Source: the human T2T-CHM13v2.0 reference genome, Homo sapiens
Length of the DNA: 64,000 nt
Assembly (NCBI RefSeq): GCF_009914755.1
Contig: NC_060929.1
Strand: one strand, 5' to 3'
The position numbers and the translations under genes are program-made. Position 1 is the first letter of the stretch. Each line of letters begins with the position of its first letter. Of this stretch, positions 30,801 to 49,157 are shown in pieces. Below the pieces are notes generated by a model. It saw only the letters and a program-made list of their open reading frames with translations. It was not told where the DNA came from and searched no databases.

Positions 30801-32469
30801 TTGAAAACCTTTCCTTTAGTTCTCCTGTAAATAAATTGTTCAGAAGGCAAAATAAGTTAATGCTTTAATGAAGTTATAAATTTTATGTCTAGAATACTCC
30901 CTTTTAAAAATCTGACATGGACTAAATTAAATAAGGCTTATTTAATTTGAAAGCTTAAATTCAATTGATTTCTTATACATTTTCACAAAATTAGTATTGA
31001 AATGAAAATCTGTAGGGTCAGACGCAATTTTGATAAAGGTCAACACTAAAATGTTCAGTCTAACAACTCTATTAATTCTACTAATTTGGTTGAAATACTA
31101 TGCAGACTACCTTAAATTAGCAAATGTCTTATGAAATAGACCAAAAGATCATTTCTTAGGTGGGATTGTGACATTTTCCTTCCTGTTAGTCCTTTATATT
31201 ATGTTACCCTTTATGAAATCAGAAAAACGTTTAGTAGATTTAATTATGAATAGTAAATTATCCATTTTCTATAGTCACCACCAATACGGCAATGAATACA
31301 TACACAATGTATTCATTATAACAAAATTTGTAGTATTTTACTTTAAAATAAGTTTTTAGTTAATCCAAGTTAATTCTTTGAGTGCAGTTTGTTTAGTTCC
31401 GTGAACAAAACCAAAATGAATCAGCATATTTCTTCACAATTAATAGCATGATCATTAGCAATGTCCCTGCTCCTCATAGAATGTCTTTAAGCATCTTAAC
31501 AATGTTTAATTTCAATTTGTCTAATCTGAGCAGAAGTAAAAAAGAAATTAATCTTTCTGTTGAAAGCCAGTGATAACAGACACAAAAACACATAACTGCT
31601 TTAGTAAAAATACAGTTTCAGTAGAGAAGATTGGCAAATGATAAATTACTCACTTTAAATTATTACTACTGGGTAAAGAAGCTGAAAAATCTGATGCTAC
31701 CTAGATATAGACATTTCAAAGTTTTTATGTGCCAATGCCAATATATATAATTTATCAACACAACCTACAGTTTGCAATGATTTAACAATGTATTATTTTA
31801 CATTTCATTATTTTATTGGAAATTCCATTTTGGAGGAATATATATGCAAATCTTCACTTTTGATTAAAATTGGTGGTGTCAAATTCTGTTCTCCTGAGGT
31901 ACACAATCCACCAGAAAGGAAAAGAAGGGATCTATCCAATACTGAGTACCTACTGCATGCTTCCACTGTTCTGTTATTTGTTTTATTTAATCCACTTTAA
32001 GAGTCATCACAATTTCTGACTTCTTTGTTTGGAAACTACCTATGGAAGCTAATAGTCTTAACCTAAAAACATCTCTGTGAGTTAAATGTTACTTTATTTT
32101 TATAACAAAGATTAATATCTATCCTAACCATGAGTTAGGAATGTCCAATTAGGAGTATGGAATAATTGGCTCAGAATGTTCCAATTTCAACATTGGTAAG
32201 AATTTTGAAAGTTAAAAACTAAAATTTGACCTTTGGGAGGCTTTCAGATAACACATTGGTAAGCTTTATTGCTCAAAGTATTAGTTGAATTTTAAAGTTT
32301 TACAAACCATCATACACAGAGGTCTGAGAAATGCCTCTGTTTAGGGCTGCCTGAGGCCCTCACACATTTTTGCCATGTCCCGATAGAAATAGCATAACAA
32401 TTTTATGATTAGCAGCAACTCAAGAAAGCTAACCAATTAGGTAGGATCACCTCTTAAAAAAAATCACAC

Positions 32470-33331
<862 letters not shown>

Positions 33332-33902
33332 TGCTGAGGCTTGAGAAGGTAAACAAAGCAGCCAGGAAGCTTGAACTGGGTGAAGCCCACCGCAGCTCAA
33401 GGAGGCCTGCCTGCCTCTGTAGACTCCACCTCTGGGGGCAGGGCATAGCCGAACAAAAGGCAGTAGAAACCTCTGCAGACCTAAATGTCCCTGTCTGACA
33501 GCTTTGAAGAGAGTAGTGGTTCTCCCAGCATGGACTTTGAGATCTGAGAACGGACAGACTGCTTCCTCAAGTGGGTTGCTGACCCCTGAGTAGCCTATCT
33601 GGGAGGCACCCCCCAGTAGGGGCAGACTGACACCTCACACAGCTGGGTACCCCTCTGAGACAAAACCTCCAGAGGAACGATCAGACAGCAACATTTGCTG
33701 TTCACCAATATCCACTGTTCTGCAGCCTCCGCTGCTGATACCCAGGCAAACAGGGTCTGGAGCAGACCTCCAGCAAACTCCAACAGACCTGCAGCTGAGG
33801 GTCCTGAATGTTAAAAGGAAAACTAACAAACAGAAAGGACATCCACACCAAAACCCCATATGTCACCATCATCAAAGACCAAAGGTAGATAAAACCACAA
33901 AG

Positions 33903-34919
33903 ATGGGGAAAAAACAGAATAGAAAAATTGAAAATTCTAAAAATCAGAGCACCTCTCCTCCTGCAAAGGAACGCAGCTCCTCACCAGCAACGGAACAAAG
34001 CTGGACAGAGAACGACTTTGACGAGTTGAGAGAAGAAGGCTTCAGATGATCAAACTTCTCCGAACTAAAGGAGGAAGTTCGAACCCATTGCAAAGAAGCT
34101 AAAAACCTTGAAAAATGATTAAACAAATGGCTAACTAGAATAACCAATGCAAAGAAGTCCTTAAAGGACCTGATGGAGCTGAATACCATGGCATGAGAAC
34201 TACGTGACAAATGCACAAGCTTCACTAGCCGATTTGATCAACTGGAAGAAAGGGTATCAGTGACTGAAGATCAAATGAATGAAATGAAGCGAGAAGAGAA
34301 GTTTAGAGAAAAAAGAATAAAAAGAAACGAACAAAGCCTCCAAGAAATATGGGACTATGTGAAAAGACCAAATCTACGTCTGATTGGTGTACCTGAAAGT
34401 GACGGGGAGAATGGAACCAAGTTGGAAAACAGTCTGCAGGATATCATCCAGGAGAACTTCCCCAACCTAGCAAAGCAGACCAACATTCAAATTCAGGAAA
34501 TACAGAGAATGCCACAAAGATACTCCTCGAGAAGAGCAACTACAAGACACATAATTGTCAGATTCACCAAAGATGAAATGAAGGAAAAAACGTTAAGGGC
34601 AGCCAGAGAGAAAGGTGGGGTTACCCACAAAGGGAAGCCCATCAGACTAACAGCGGATCTCTCGGCAGAAACTCTACAAGCCAGAAGAGAGTGGGGGCCA
34701 ATATTTAACATTCTTAAAGAAAAGAATTTTCAACCCAGAATTTCATATCCAGCCAAACTAAGCTTCATAAGTGAAGGAGAAATAAAATCCTTTACAGACA
34801 AGCAAATGCTGAGAGATTTTGTCACCATCAGGCCTGCCTTACAAGAGCTCCTGAAGGAAGCAATGAACATGGAAAGGAACAACCAGTACCAGCCACTGCA
34901 AAAACATGCCAAATTGTAA
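33903..34919 (+). pseudogene. L1 ORF1p, disrupted by premature stops in the 5' third
   Basis: ATG GGG AAA AAA CAG at 33903. Open part 34260-34919 contains EIWDYVKRPNLRLIGVPE and ARREWGPIF. Confidence 0.92.
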
Positions 34920-34982
34920 AGACCATCAATGCTAGGAAGAAACTGCATCAACTAATGAGCAAAATAGCCAGCTAACATCATA

Positions 34983-38817
<3,835 letters not shown>

Positions 38818-41669
38818 ACAATGAGCACACTTGGACACAGGAAGGGGTACATCATATACCGGGGCCTGTTGTGGGGTGGGGTGAGGGGGGAGGTATACCA
38901 TTAGGAGACATACCTAAGGTAAATGACGAGTTAATGGGTGCAGCACACCAACATGGCACATGTATACATATGTAACAAACCTTCACGTTGTGCACATGTA
39001 TCCTAGAACTTATAAAGTATAATAAAAAAATATAAAGAATGTTAAAATGAGATTTGAATACATACGAATTCCCAAAGGACACATAAGAATTTCTTAAACT
39101 ATATGACAATTAGGCATGAGGGTATTTTGGGGGGCTGAATTTACAATTGTATTGCCAGATATCTGATTAGGTTTTAGAAAAACCTATTAAACAGAAATAA
39201 AACTCCATTAGAGCGTCACATTTTTAGCTGGTATATAAAAGACATTTTTTAAAAAAATAGCAAGAGATTGATAATGAAGGAAGGGAATTTAAGTGGCAGA
39301 CATGGCTTTTCTTCTGAAGAGCTACTGCTCAGAACTGATGCATTTTAGTTAAAAATATACCTAATTCAGAGGCGTCTGATTTTATAAATACATTCAGGAT
39401 AAAAATTGACCTCTATGTTACCTCTATATAAACAACTGAAAAAGAAAATCACCCCATACATTGTTATCTATGAAAATGTTAATCTTATTTTCAACAGAAA
39501 CACTAACAAGCATAACAATATACAGTTGAACAGATTATATTCTCTTGAGGGGAAAACACTAAAAAATAGTCACAATTCTGGGCCTTTTTCTTGCATGATG
39601 TCACAAAATAAATAAATAAAAGGAAAAGATGTCAATTTACTTTGCCTTGGAGATTCTGAATATGTTTTGATACAACAAAAATTAGACATATATTAGAAGA
39701 ACTACTCCTTGAATTAACACAAAGTCTATTATGAACACAATGAATCAATTTTAGCATGCAAGTGATTTTAAGAAGATAGTTGAAAAATCATCTTGAACAA
39801 AGTGATAGATGGAGGCTCACACTGAAGATTATGCCCTGATTCATGTAAAAATATTTGTTTAATTTTTATCTTTCCAAAGAAATATGCCATTTGCAATCCC
39901 TTTATGTGGATGTTTCTAGAGTCTACCAACCTCCTGAGCTACTTATGGGGTGTAAAATAGTTTGCCTTATTCCACACGGCATTATGACTCACAAATAACA
40001 TTAGCGATACGCAGCCAATCTGATACATGACTGGAATATTTACAATTTTAGAATATACAGCAATGAAAAATTTTAAGTTGATCATTGTCAAGTCTAACAA
40101 GTGGAAAGGAGATTTTCTTCAAAGTAAGAACCTGAAAACTTCAATGATGGCTATATATTATAAAAATTTAGTTTCCTTATTTAAAAAAAAGTCAGCTCTT
40201 CAACAAGAAATTTTAAATGTATCTTTTAAATATTGAAAAATTGAGAATATGTACCAGTTGGCCTCTTAAATTGGGTATCAAACTTATATGCTATGTTGGC
40301 TCAAACCAATAACTTGAATTATTTTTTGAATGAATCATTCATTTATTCATTCAACAAATCTTTATGGAATGCCCACCATGTGTTAGGTTAGTTAGATGCT
40401 GAACAACAAGTTAAGAAAGTCAGGACAGGCATGGTCTCAGCCTCTTGAAACAAACAGCCTAGCATAAAAACACAATTTCCAATACAGTAAGAAAATGGTA
40501 TAGTGACAAAATTACAGACGATGTAGTAGTATACATGATAAAGATTTAAGTCAGACGTGGGCAGAATGGATTTGGCAGCAAAATATTCCCAGAGAAAGGT
40601 ATATCCGAACTGAAGCTGAAGGATTTAAATATAACAGAAGGCAGATAATGCTGTGGGTAGAGGCTCTTTCCATTCATTTCTTATAGCAAGAGGACATTTA
40701 TAAAGGAATGGGAAGAAGGAGATAGTACTTGGTTTGAGTACAAGCAAATTTAGAAGAGTAGGGTAAGAAACGAACTGGGGCCAAATCATGCAAAAAACTC
40801 TTAGGTTATATTAAGGAACTTGCACATTATTCTGAAACAGAGGGAGTAATGAAGGGTTTTAAACAGGAGAGTAAGAGAATCATATTTACCTTTTAGGAAA
40901 ACACAGACACACAAACACACACACACACACGAGTTACAACTTTAGAAATGAATTTTTAAAGAGTAAAACTAGAAACGGAAAAGCTGGTTAAGAAGCTTCT
41001 GTGAAACCCAGGTGAAAGAGGGTGGTAGCACTGGTGATAGAAGTAGCAGTGGGGATGGTAAGATGGGAAATGATTTTCAGATATTTGAGTCATTTTTTCA
41101 TAGTTGAAATTACCAATACTTGCTAAATCAGTTAATGTTAGTGTGTGGAGCTGGTGAAAGAGATGTTAGCAGGAAGATAATTGGGAGAAGAAGTGTGACC
41201 AGGAAAGGACATTGGGAAACATCTGCTACGAGGATGGAGGAAAATAGAAAATGGTGTAAGCTAAGTCAGATAACAGGAATATTTTAAGCAAGGGGTAATA
41301 TCTTAATGTCTTAAGCAACAGTGTGTTGCTCACTTATATGTCATCACTACTTATCATGTTATATGATGCTTTCTAGGTTCATCACAAACATTTGTTAAAT
41401 AAATAATTTAATTTAGTAAGCACTGCTACTTATAAGGTTGGGTGCTGGGATGATATATTAGAAAACATACTCCTTATCTTCAAAAAGTTCATAGAACGGT
41501 AATAGGAGAAAGACTTACATTATTACCTATAGCATGTGCTAGCTAATGAGAGCTGAATAAAGCTCTAGATCAATAAAAAATGTTAAGGGAAAGTAAAGAA
41601 AAAAGTGAGTATTTCTACTTGTGAGTATAAGAAAAAGTAAGGCCAACTGAAGAAAAAACTGAAAAAAGA

Positions 41670-41958
41670 AGCCTGATGTGGGGGCTTATGCCTGTAATCC
41701 CAAGACTTTGGGAGGCTGAGGCAGGAGGATTGGTGGAGGCTAGGAGTTCGAGATTGGCTTGAGCAACACAGTGAGACACCTGTCTGCACAAAAGAAAAAA
41801 AAAATTAGCGGGGTATAGTGATGTGCACCTGTAGTCCTAGCTATTTGGTAGGCTGAGGCAGGAGGACTGCTGGAGCCCAGGAATTTAAGGCAACAGTGAG
41901 CTATGATTGCACTACTGCTCTCTAGCCTGGGCAACAGAGTGAGCCCTGTCTCAAAAAA
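41670..41958 (+). mobile_element. Alu (AluJo-like), followed by a purine-rich GAGA-type tract
   Basis: gcttatgcctgtaatccc ... ggagcccaggaatttaaggcaacagtgagctatgattgc. Confidence 0.9.
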
Positions 41959-42850
41959 GGAGAGGAGTGGAGCAGAGAGGAGAGAAGAGAAGAGGAACTA
42001 TTGCAAATTTCAGGTAACCTGGTAAGAACAGTTACAGATTTGGCAAATCTTGTTTGATAGGGGTGGAATTTGCTATTTTAAATTGTTTTCATGATTTCTG
42101 GGAATGCAATGAACTACTATAGTTTTTAAACTCATGAATACAGCATAAAAATCAACAAGAACAGAACTCGTATCTTTCACTATAAAGTGATCTCATTATC
42201 GAATTGAGTTGTCTTACTTTTTGCCACAGAAGCCACTAACAAACCTGTGCATATTTAAACGTGCTCCACAAATAAGAGAATTTCATGAAGATTGTTTTAA
42301 AAAGCACTGACTGTAACCTTACTTCATTTGCAAATGATAAACTCTGCAGTATCTATGGTTTCCTTCTATAAGCAAGATCTGTTTTGAGAATGTAATCAAA
42401 TATCTTCATTGCTTAGCAACCACAGGTAAGGAGCTAATATGTCATGAGTCATGATTCTACGTGAACAGTTTGCAGGTCAGTGGCATGATTTCAATGCCCT
42501 TTGGATTCTTGCTGTCATGCTTTCAAAGCCAATATTAATACAAAGTATTAGAATGGATGAGAGTTAAGATGCAAATGCTCTCCTAATCAATCAATTGACA
42601 TACACATAGTGTGATCTGGTACAGTCTCCTGCATCAAGCTTACACTAGCATCTATAAACCAACACCAGCGTAAAAATAGCCCACAGACATGGTTTCATAA
42701 GGAATTTGTGTTTTACCAATTTAGTTAAACCGAAGATGAAGGCACATTTAAATTAGCGTGAAGGTAACGACTCTGACACTCACCTAATCAACAGGAAATC
42801 TTCTAAGAAAGAGGAACAGTGGGTAGTGAAACAGTTTTGGAAAACTTTAC

Positions 42851-43035
42851 CTGTAACCATTGTGACTGGTCATTGTGGCCAGAGGTCCAGGCATTCACTT
42901 TGCCTTGCTTGTCCAGCCGAGCTTTCCTTGGTTCCCAAGTGAACATGTCCATGTTGAGCGTTCTGAAGATGCTGGAGGCAGTGATCTGATAGTCTTGTAT
43001 ATGTCCTGATTTCATACCCAGAGGCTCAGAACAAC
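42851..43035 (-). CDS. EDIL3: EDIL3 coding exon (probably exon 9), first half of discoidin domain 2; 185 nt, phase 1 to 0
   Basis: (G)[61 protein letters not shown]. Acceptor ttttctttcag|GT, donor CAG|gtaaag. Frame is continuous with the previous exon. Confidence 0.96.
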
Positions 43036-46000
43036 CTGAAAGAAAATGAGAAGGGCTCCATGAGAAAAATAATTGATCACCTGGAACTTTTCTGCATTCA
43101 TTTTGGATAGGCAAGAGAAGATTAAACATAATGCTATTCATTCCTCCAAAGAGAAAACATCTAAATCCAAAAAAAAGCTATAATCAGAAATAAATCTGAA
43201 ACAAAATCGAAAAACAAGATAGTCAATTCAAGCTATTTTGTCTGAATATATTTTGGAAAAATTGAAAACAAGACAGACAATTTAAACTACTTTTCTGTGA
43301 TAGATGATTCTGCAAAATGAAAACAATGCTGAAATGCTCTCTCCTGTCTCATTACTGGAGGCCTCCTGACTGCTCCCCAGTTTTCAACAGTTTCATTGTG
43401 TCTTTAAAAATGGGACATTTTCTCACAAAGTATTGTTTTTCTTTTATTTGTTTTCAAATTACTGCAAATGAAAATTCCCTCAGTACAAAGTCATTTTCAC
43501 AAGCTGCTCTACTGCTGTATTCTAAACCGGACAGCATTTTGTTTTTCAAGAAATATGTTAATCTTCATCACTGATTCTTATAGCACCAACATGGCTTCTT
43601 CTGTAAGAGAGGAATCTAGTATTTACTGAGGGTATGCCATGTGCCAGGCATTGTGCAAGCATAATTTAAACTAATAGATAACAGAAGATAATAAGATAAT
43701 TCTAGCAATAACCACCACTGAACAAACCTTTTAATACATTATTTTATTTCAATCATATTCAATAACCTATAAAGTTTAGATATTTTTGTAAGATTCTCAA
43801 ATCTACCACATGTATTTTTGAGTTTAATACGGTAAAAATTTTGGCTTGCTTGTCCTTGAAAAATTATATGCATGCACATATGTTTGTGTGTGTATACATA
43901 GACACAAAATTTCCCAGTCTTGGATTGCAACTGTGACAAAATGCTCTTTACAATTTTTGTAATAGAAAGCATGATTCTATCATCATATGAGCCAGGGGCT
44001 GAGTCTTCTTTATGTGAAACTGTTAAATTTTGGTCAAGTAACTCACAAGGTAAGTTTGATCATCAAAGAAACAAAGATGACAAGAGGACACTCCTCCAAC
44101 CCAATACTTTCTCCTCACACTCTACTGTCTCCCATTTCCCAGCTGTGTAGCCTTGCCCTGTTATTTAACAACTTTCTACCTAAATTTTCTCATCTGTAAG
44201 ATGGTGATAATAATAGAAACTACCTCAAGGAAGTATTCTAAGAAATTACTTAATAAACATAAAGTACTTAGAAACAGTGCTGGCACACAGCATTCAGTCA
44301 ATGTTAACTATTTGTATGATTTCTGTAAAACTCATCCCAACAGATGGCAATGGTAAGTCCCCAAATATCAGCATATCAACAAGTACTCAATAATATTTAA
44401 TTATTGGGTACAGTTTCTAAAACTAGACCTTTTTTGGAGTCTAAACTATAAAAGAGGTGCTTTAGAACTCTTCATTGATCAATAACTCTTAGCTATAACT
44501 AATTGCCTTCTGTCCTGGTCTATCTAGATTACTTCTACCTTCTTGAGGCTCCCCATATTTCCCTTCACCTCCACCATCTAGGAAATGCATATCCTATGAA
44601 AACATGGAAAACATGACATGGAGGGCTGTGTGTCTTAACACGAGTACATTTTGGTATAGGAGATAAGTATCTGAAGCCTCATATTAAAGATAGCTGTAAT
44701 GCCTACCTGTATATTCTGGGTGAAAAAAAAGTCATAACAATTCTCTAAGAGTCTAGAAAATTCTAACAGGCTTAATGGCAAGCTGTTTATCTTCAGGAAG
44801 TTAGTTTCATAGTGGCATGCATTGTCTACATTGAAAAATTCTGACTTGTTCTTTTATCCCCATCTTTGCCTCTACCTGCATCCCACCCCCCAAGTCTTTG
44901 AAAACTTTGCTCAGTTTGCAGGAGATACAAGGGAAGAGGAAAGATAGTTGTTTCCCTCCTTTTGTGATATAACATAGTATTGAAGTACTGGATAGAAAAG
45001 GAATGGCTTTACTTTGACCACTTCTGCTTAGCCAAAAAATTCACTTTATATCCATTCTGTTGTCTAGTATTTATCTCAGAATTGCCAAATTATTGGTTCA
45101 TAGAATGAATGAATGAGTATTCCTCCTCTAATTAGGGTCATAATCTATTTTATTCCAAATATCTTAAGTCATACTTCTTTCAGTGTATTTAGGAGATGAT
45201 CTTCAAAAGTGTTTGAGAAGAGATTACCTGCTCATCTTCTAGGCAGGGTGAAAGATTTTAATAGCAATTTACTGAATACAATAAGGCTTTACAGTGTTCC
45301 ACTGGATTGTGGGGAGTAGTTTGGTACATTACATTAGTGTTTATTTCCAGGTGTTACAGCTAACCTCTCTGCCAATGTGCCTCATGCCACAAATTTTACT
45401 TCTTATCCATATGATTTCAAGCATATAAATTAATTAACTCTCTTACCAGTGTGGCCAGCACTTGAACAAAATGAAGTATTAACAATGAAATGGGTATTTC
45501 TATAATGAAGTGCTCTAGTTTTTTAAAGCATCCGTTGAGAGATATTACTCTCTGCATGCAAGTTCAAAATCAATTTGCTGTGCTGGGAGATGCAGCACTG
45601 CTTCTTTTTGAGAAAATAAAACCTGTAAAGTGTCAGGTGCAATGTCTTGTCAAACTTGGGAGTAAAATATATTCACATCTTAGGGGTGTAACCGTGCCAT
45701 GTGTGAAAGACTGACTCTCATGAATCAAAAGACTGAAAAATTGTGGAAGGTGATGTTAAGCAACTAAAAACCATGTGGCTTGCAGCAGATCTCATCATAT
45801 TGTGGCTTCCTCTTGATTGCTTTATGATAAATGGCTTAGGGATGACACTGGTCTGTGGTGATATAGTGAGATGCAATACAAACACTGTATAGCAATAAGT
45901 CTGCTAAGATTTACTGGATCTTAATAACTGGAGTAAACAAACTGGATTAAATTGCCAAAATAAGGAAAATATCTCTGTTAGGAAAATTAATGGTACTAAA

Positions 46001-47250
46001 GCAAATGTTGGTTGCTTCAAAAAATACACCAACATAGAATATGAAAATGTGATTCTTAAAATAGGCTCACTTGACTGTACAAATTACTTTAATTCTTAAA
46101 ATGTATTGGGCTTATTAAAAATTGGCTATTTAATAGTAAATTTTATTTGCTTGAAAATCAATCCTTTTTTAGGCAACACAAATAAATTTAGGAAGAGAAA
46201 CAGATATAAAGTATGCGCTTTAACCTATAGGCAACCTCTTGAAATGAATAAAAAGCTCACAGTTGTCTCTTTGCAGGGACTTGTTCTCCTATTTTTAATT
46301 AAGTGGTATTGTTTTAGATTTGGTAAAGGTTTTTCCTCACTTCAGGGTTACACTAAAAAGCGGAGCACACACGCACTTTTAGTTTTCTTCACAGTTATTT
46401 GAACAAAATAATTTCAGGCCACTGCAGCAAAGATAGTTTGTAAATTGTGATGCCAGAAATGTAAGAACAACTACCAAAAATATAACAAGTGAAATGCCTA
46501 GATACAATTTTCTATTTCATTCAGAATCTAGCTATATTGAAATGGGGCCACTGTAAGATTCACACATTAAGTCCTCATCTTTATAGCTAATATTGATGTT
46601 CCTGGGGGACAAGAATTATTTAACTCTGAGTCCTTTGATAGGTTATCCTTGAGTTGGATAACCACTATTTTTACAATAAACAGGTTGCTAGCTAAGAATG
46701 ATCCAAGAATGAATTTATATTAGCAATCTTGGTATTGAAGTATTGAGGAATGAGAAATTAAATGTTTCATAAAACCTAAAAAAAAGTTCTTATGGTAGAC
46801 AGACAAAGATAAAGTTCTTATGATAGATGGACAAAGATAAAGCTTACTTTTCTGTGTTACATAGCTTAACCTTTACTGCAATTTATGAGGTGGGACAGAT
46901 TCCAGTTTTTACTAAACTTTTTGTCGGAAAACATAGATCACAGTTATTATGCAAAACAATGAGACACATTTAAAAGTGACAATTTTCCCGTGAGAATTCC
47001 CTGTGCTTTCTTTGACCACTCAACAAAACACATTACTCTTTCTACATTAATTCTACCCTGTAGCATGTTTTAGAACTTGTTTATTCTATACATAAACACA
47101 CACTGGTTTTCCCTGAACCATGTTGTAGACATTTTTCCCCAGAAAAAAATTTCTATGGTTGTTGAATTTGTAGGTTAGTAACAGGCTACATACAAATATG
47201 CTTTTTGTTTTCTTTAAATAGAATACAGAAATAGTTAATTTGAGACTTAC

Positions 47251-47395
47251 CCGACAGTTCACAGCCAAGAAGTTCCATTCGCAAAGTGCAATGTCTTCGA
47301 CAAACTTGGGGATAGAGTCTTACATACTGAGCTTTTATGGGGGGTGTGAAAGAGTTAGCATATGGAGTGTTGTTATCAATGTTTCCACGAAACAC
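47251..47395 (-). CDS. EDIL3: EDIL3 coding exon (probably exon 8), end of discoidin domain 1; 145 nt, phase 0 to 1
   Basis: [48 protein letters not shown](G), with the F5/8-C terminal motif LRMELLGC. Acceptor tttacacag|GTG, donor TCGG|gtaagt. Confidence 0.96.
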
Positions 47396-48385
47396 CTGTG
47401 TAAAAACAGTTTAAAATTATTCACTGCAACAGCTTATTTACCTATTTTTACATATTTACCCTATCTATACCTTATCGAAAATAATTGTTCGAAGAACAGA
47501 TTACATTATTTGGGAGCATGGAGCATTTGAGAAGTGCCTTGCCATGAGCACTGAATATAAAACCCAACCATAAACTCCTAATTAAAGCCATAAACCACTG
47601 TGGCTCATGACATGATCTATATTCCACTGTGATGGTCTTGTCAATTTTAAGGCCAGTCTTTCAGAACCAGGGCAGCGCTCTTCTCTTTTTTTGAGAAATG
47701 GACACCTTAAATCCTTCAATTTAATCTGGGACTGTCTGCTCATTTTCCTACTTAGTATTCATACTTTTGGGGGTAGAATCCAGTCTTTGCTACTGCTTCC
47801 GGATCATCCAGTCTCTCTAATGCTATGATTAGATTTATGATGCTTTAAGGTTTGACTCATGAAGATTATGTCTTCATCAACCAGTCCCATGTACTTGGAT
47901 AATAGAATTCCTTATTAAAATTTCCAGCTAAAAACTATGTTTGCCTCTAAAATTCAAGTACTATAATGTGTCATTGTAAATTCATTAAGGCTTATTCTTA
48001 TTTTACCTTTTATGTAAACCTGATAATCCAAAAACCTTATTTAAATTCATTTAAGGGGGTAATTTTAAAAATATTTTATATAATTTATTAGAGTCTGGTA
48101 TAATGCCTGATTAAATGGAATGATCTCCAGTCCTGATATTTTTAAAATTAAAATTTTCGATGAAGAACTAACAAAAGAATTGAGAATATCATAAGAAAAG
48201 AAAAGGAAGTATTGAATATAATATTCAATACCTCTAAAATATTTTATTTTGCTAAGTAACAAATCTTTCTTCCAATATGAAGCATATAAAGATATATATC
48301 TCTTCTATCACTTAGTGCTTTTTTGCTTTTAAGAAAATAGTTTTCATTAATATAATAGTTATCTCATTAAGGAGTGCGTTAATCA

Positions 48386-48683
48386 GCCGGGCGCGGTGGC
48401 TCACGCCTGTAATCCCAGCACTTTGGGAGGCTGAGACCGGTGGATAAGGAGGTCAGGAGATCGAGATCATCCTGGCTAACACGGTGAAACCCCATCTCTA
48501 CTAAAAATACAAAAAATTAGCCGGGCGTGGTGGTGGGCACCTGTAGTCCCAGCTACTCAGAAGGCTGAGGCAGGAGAATGGGGTGAACCTGGGAGGCAGA
48601 GTTTATAGTGAGCCGAGATCGCGCCACTGCACTCCAGCCTGGGCAACAGAGTGAGACTTTGTCTCAAAAAAAAAAAAAAAAAA
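48386..48683 (+). mobile_element. AluY-like, in the intron between the first two exons of the window
   Basis: Full dimer. TSD agtgcgttaatca at 48373-48385 and 48684-48696. Confidence 0.95.
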
Positions 48684-49001
48684 AGTGCGTTAATCACGAA
48701 AGCAATAAAAATGTATCATTAAAATAAAGCTTAATTGTCATACAAAAGACTGTGTCCACCTGTGTCAAAGTATTTGTAGCACCACCAATTAAAATCTGTG
48801 AAAATCTTAAATGTCAGCCATTTTAAGTTTATAAACTGGAGAATTACTACTTCCTTCATCACACTAGCCCAATTAAAAACAAGACGCATTGGTAATTTAT
48901 TTTCATCAACATAAGTCTTCTCCTGAAGACCTTGTCATTTGATAATCAATAATTATCAATGACATTTTTCTTTTAAATTAAGTAGGTTAAATTATTCTTA
49001 C

Positions 49002-49157
49002 CATGTCTTCATTGGTGCCTTTCACTTTGTACATTGCCCAAGTCTTTCCATCATTACTGTAGGCAATTTTGTAGGATTTTATATACTCTGGGCTTCCAAT
49101 CCTCTTGGCTCCTTGGGTAATCACACCAGTAACTCTCATTTTCCTTTGCAAATTTAT
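49002..49157 (-). CDS. EDIL3: EDIL3 coding exon (probably exon 7), discoidin domain 1; 156 nt, phase 0 to 0
   Basis: Translates to [52 protein letters not shown], recognised as EDIL3. Acceptor tcttttcag|ATA, donor ATG|gtaaga. Exon number is from memory. Confidence 0.96.

Noticed and set aside
42442-42454. AP-1 motif in palindromic context (tcaTGAGTCAtga); another TGACTCA with a CCAAT box near 39985-40020
   Set aside because: Seven-mers occur several times by chance; no function can be inferred without chromatin data.
42803-42850. Read-through of the last exon into the intron ([15 protein letters not shown]) as a truncated isoform
   Set aside because: The donor CAG|gtaaag is canonical and I found no convincing nearby minus-strand poly(A) signal; short read-through frames are expected by chance.
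46783-46842. 28-bp tandem duplication (aaagttcttatg..agacaaagat)
   Set aside because: Two diverged copies only; ordinary slippage product, not an array.
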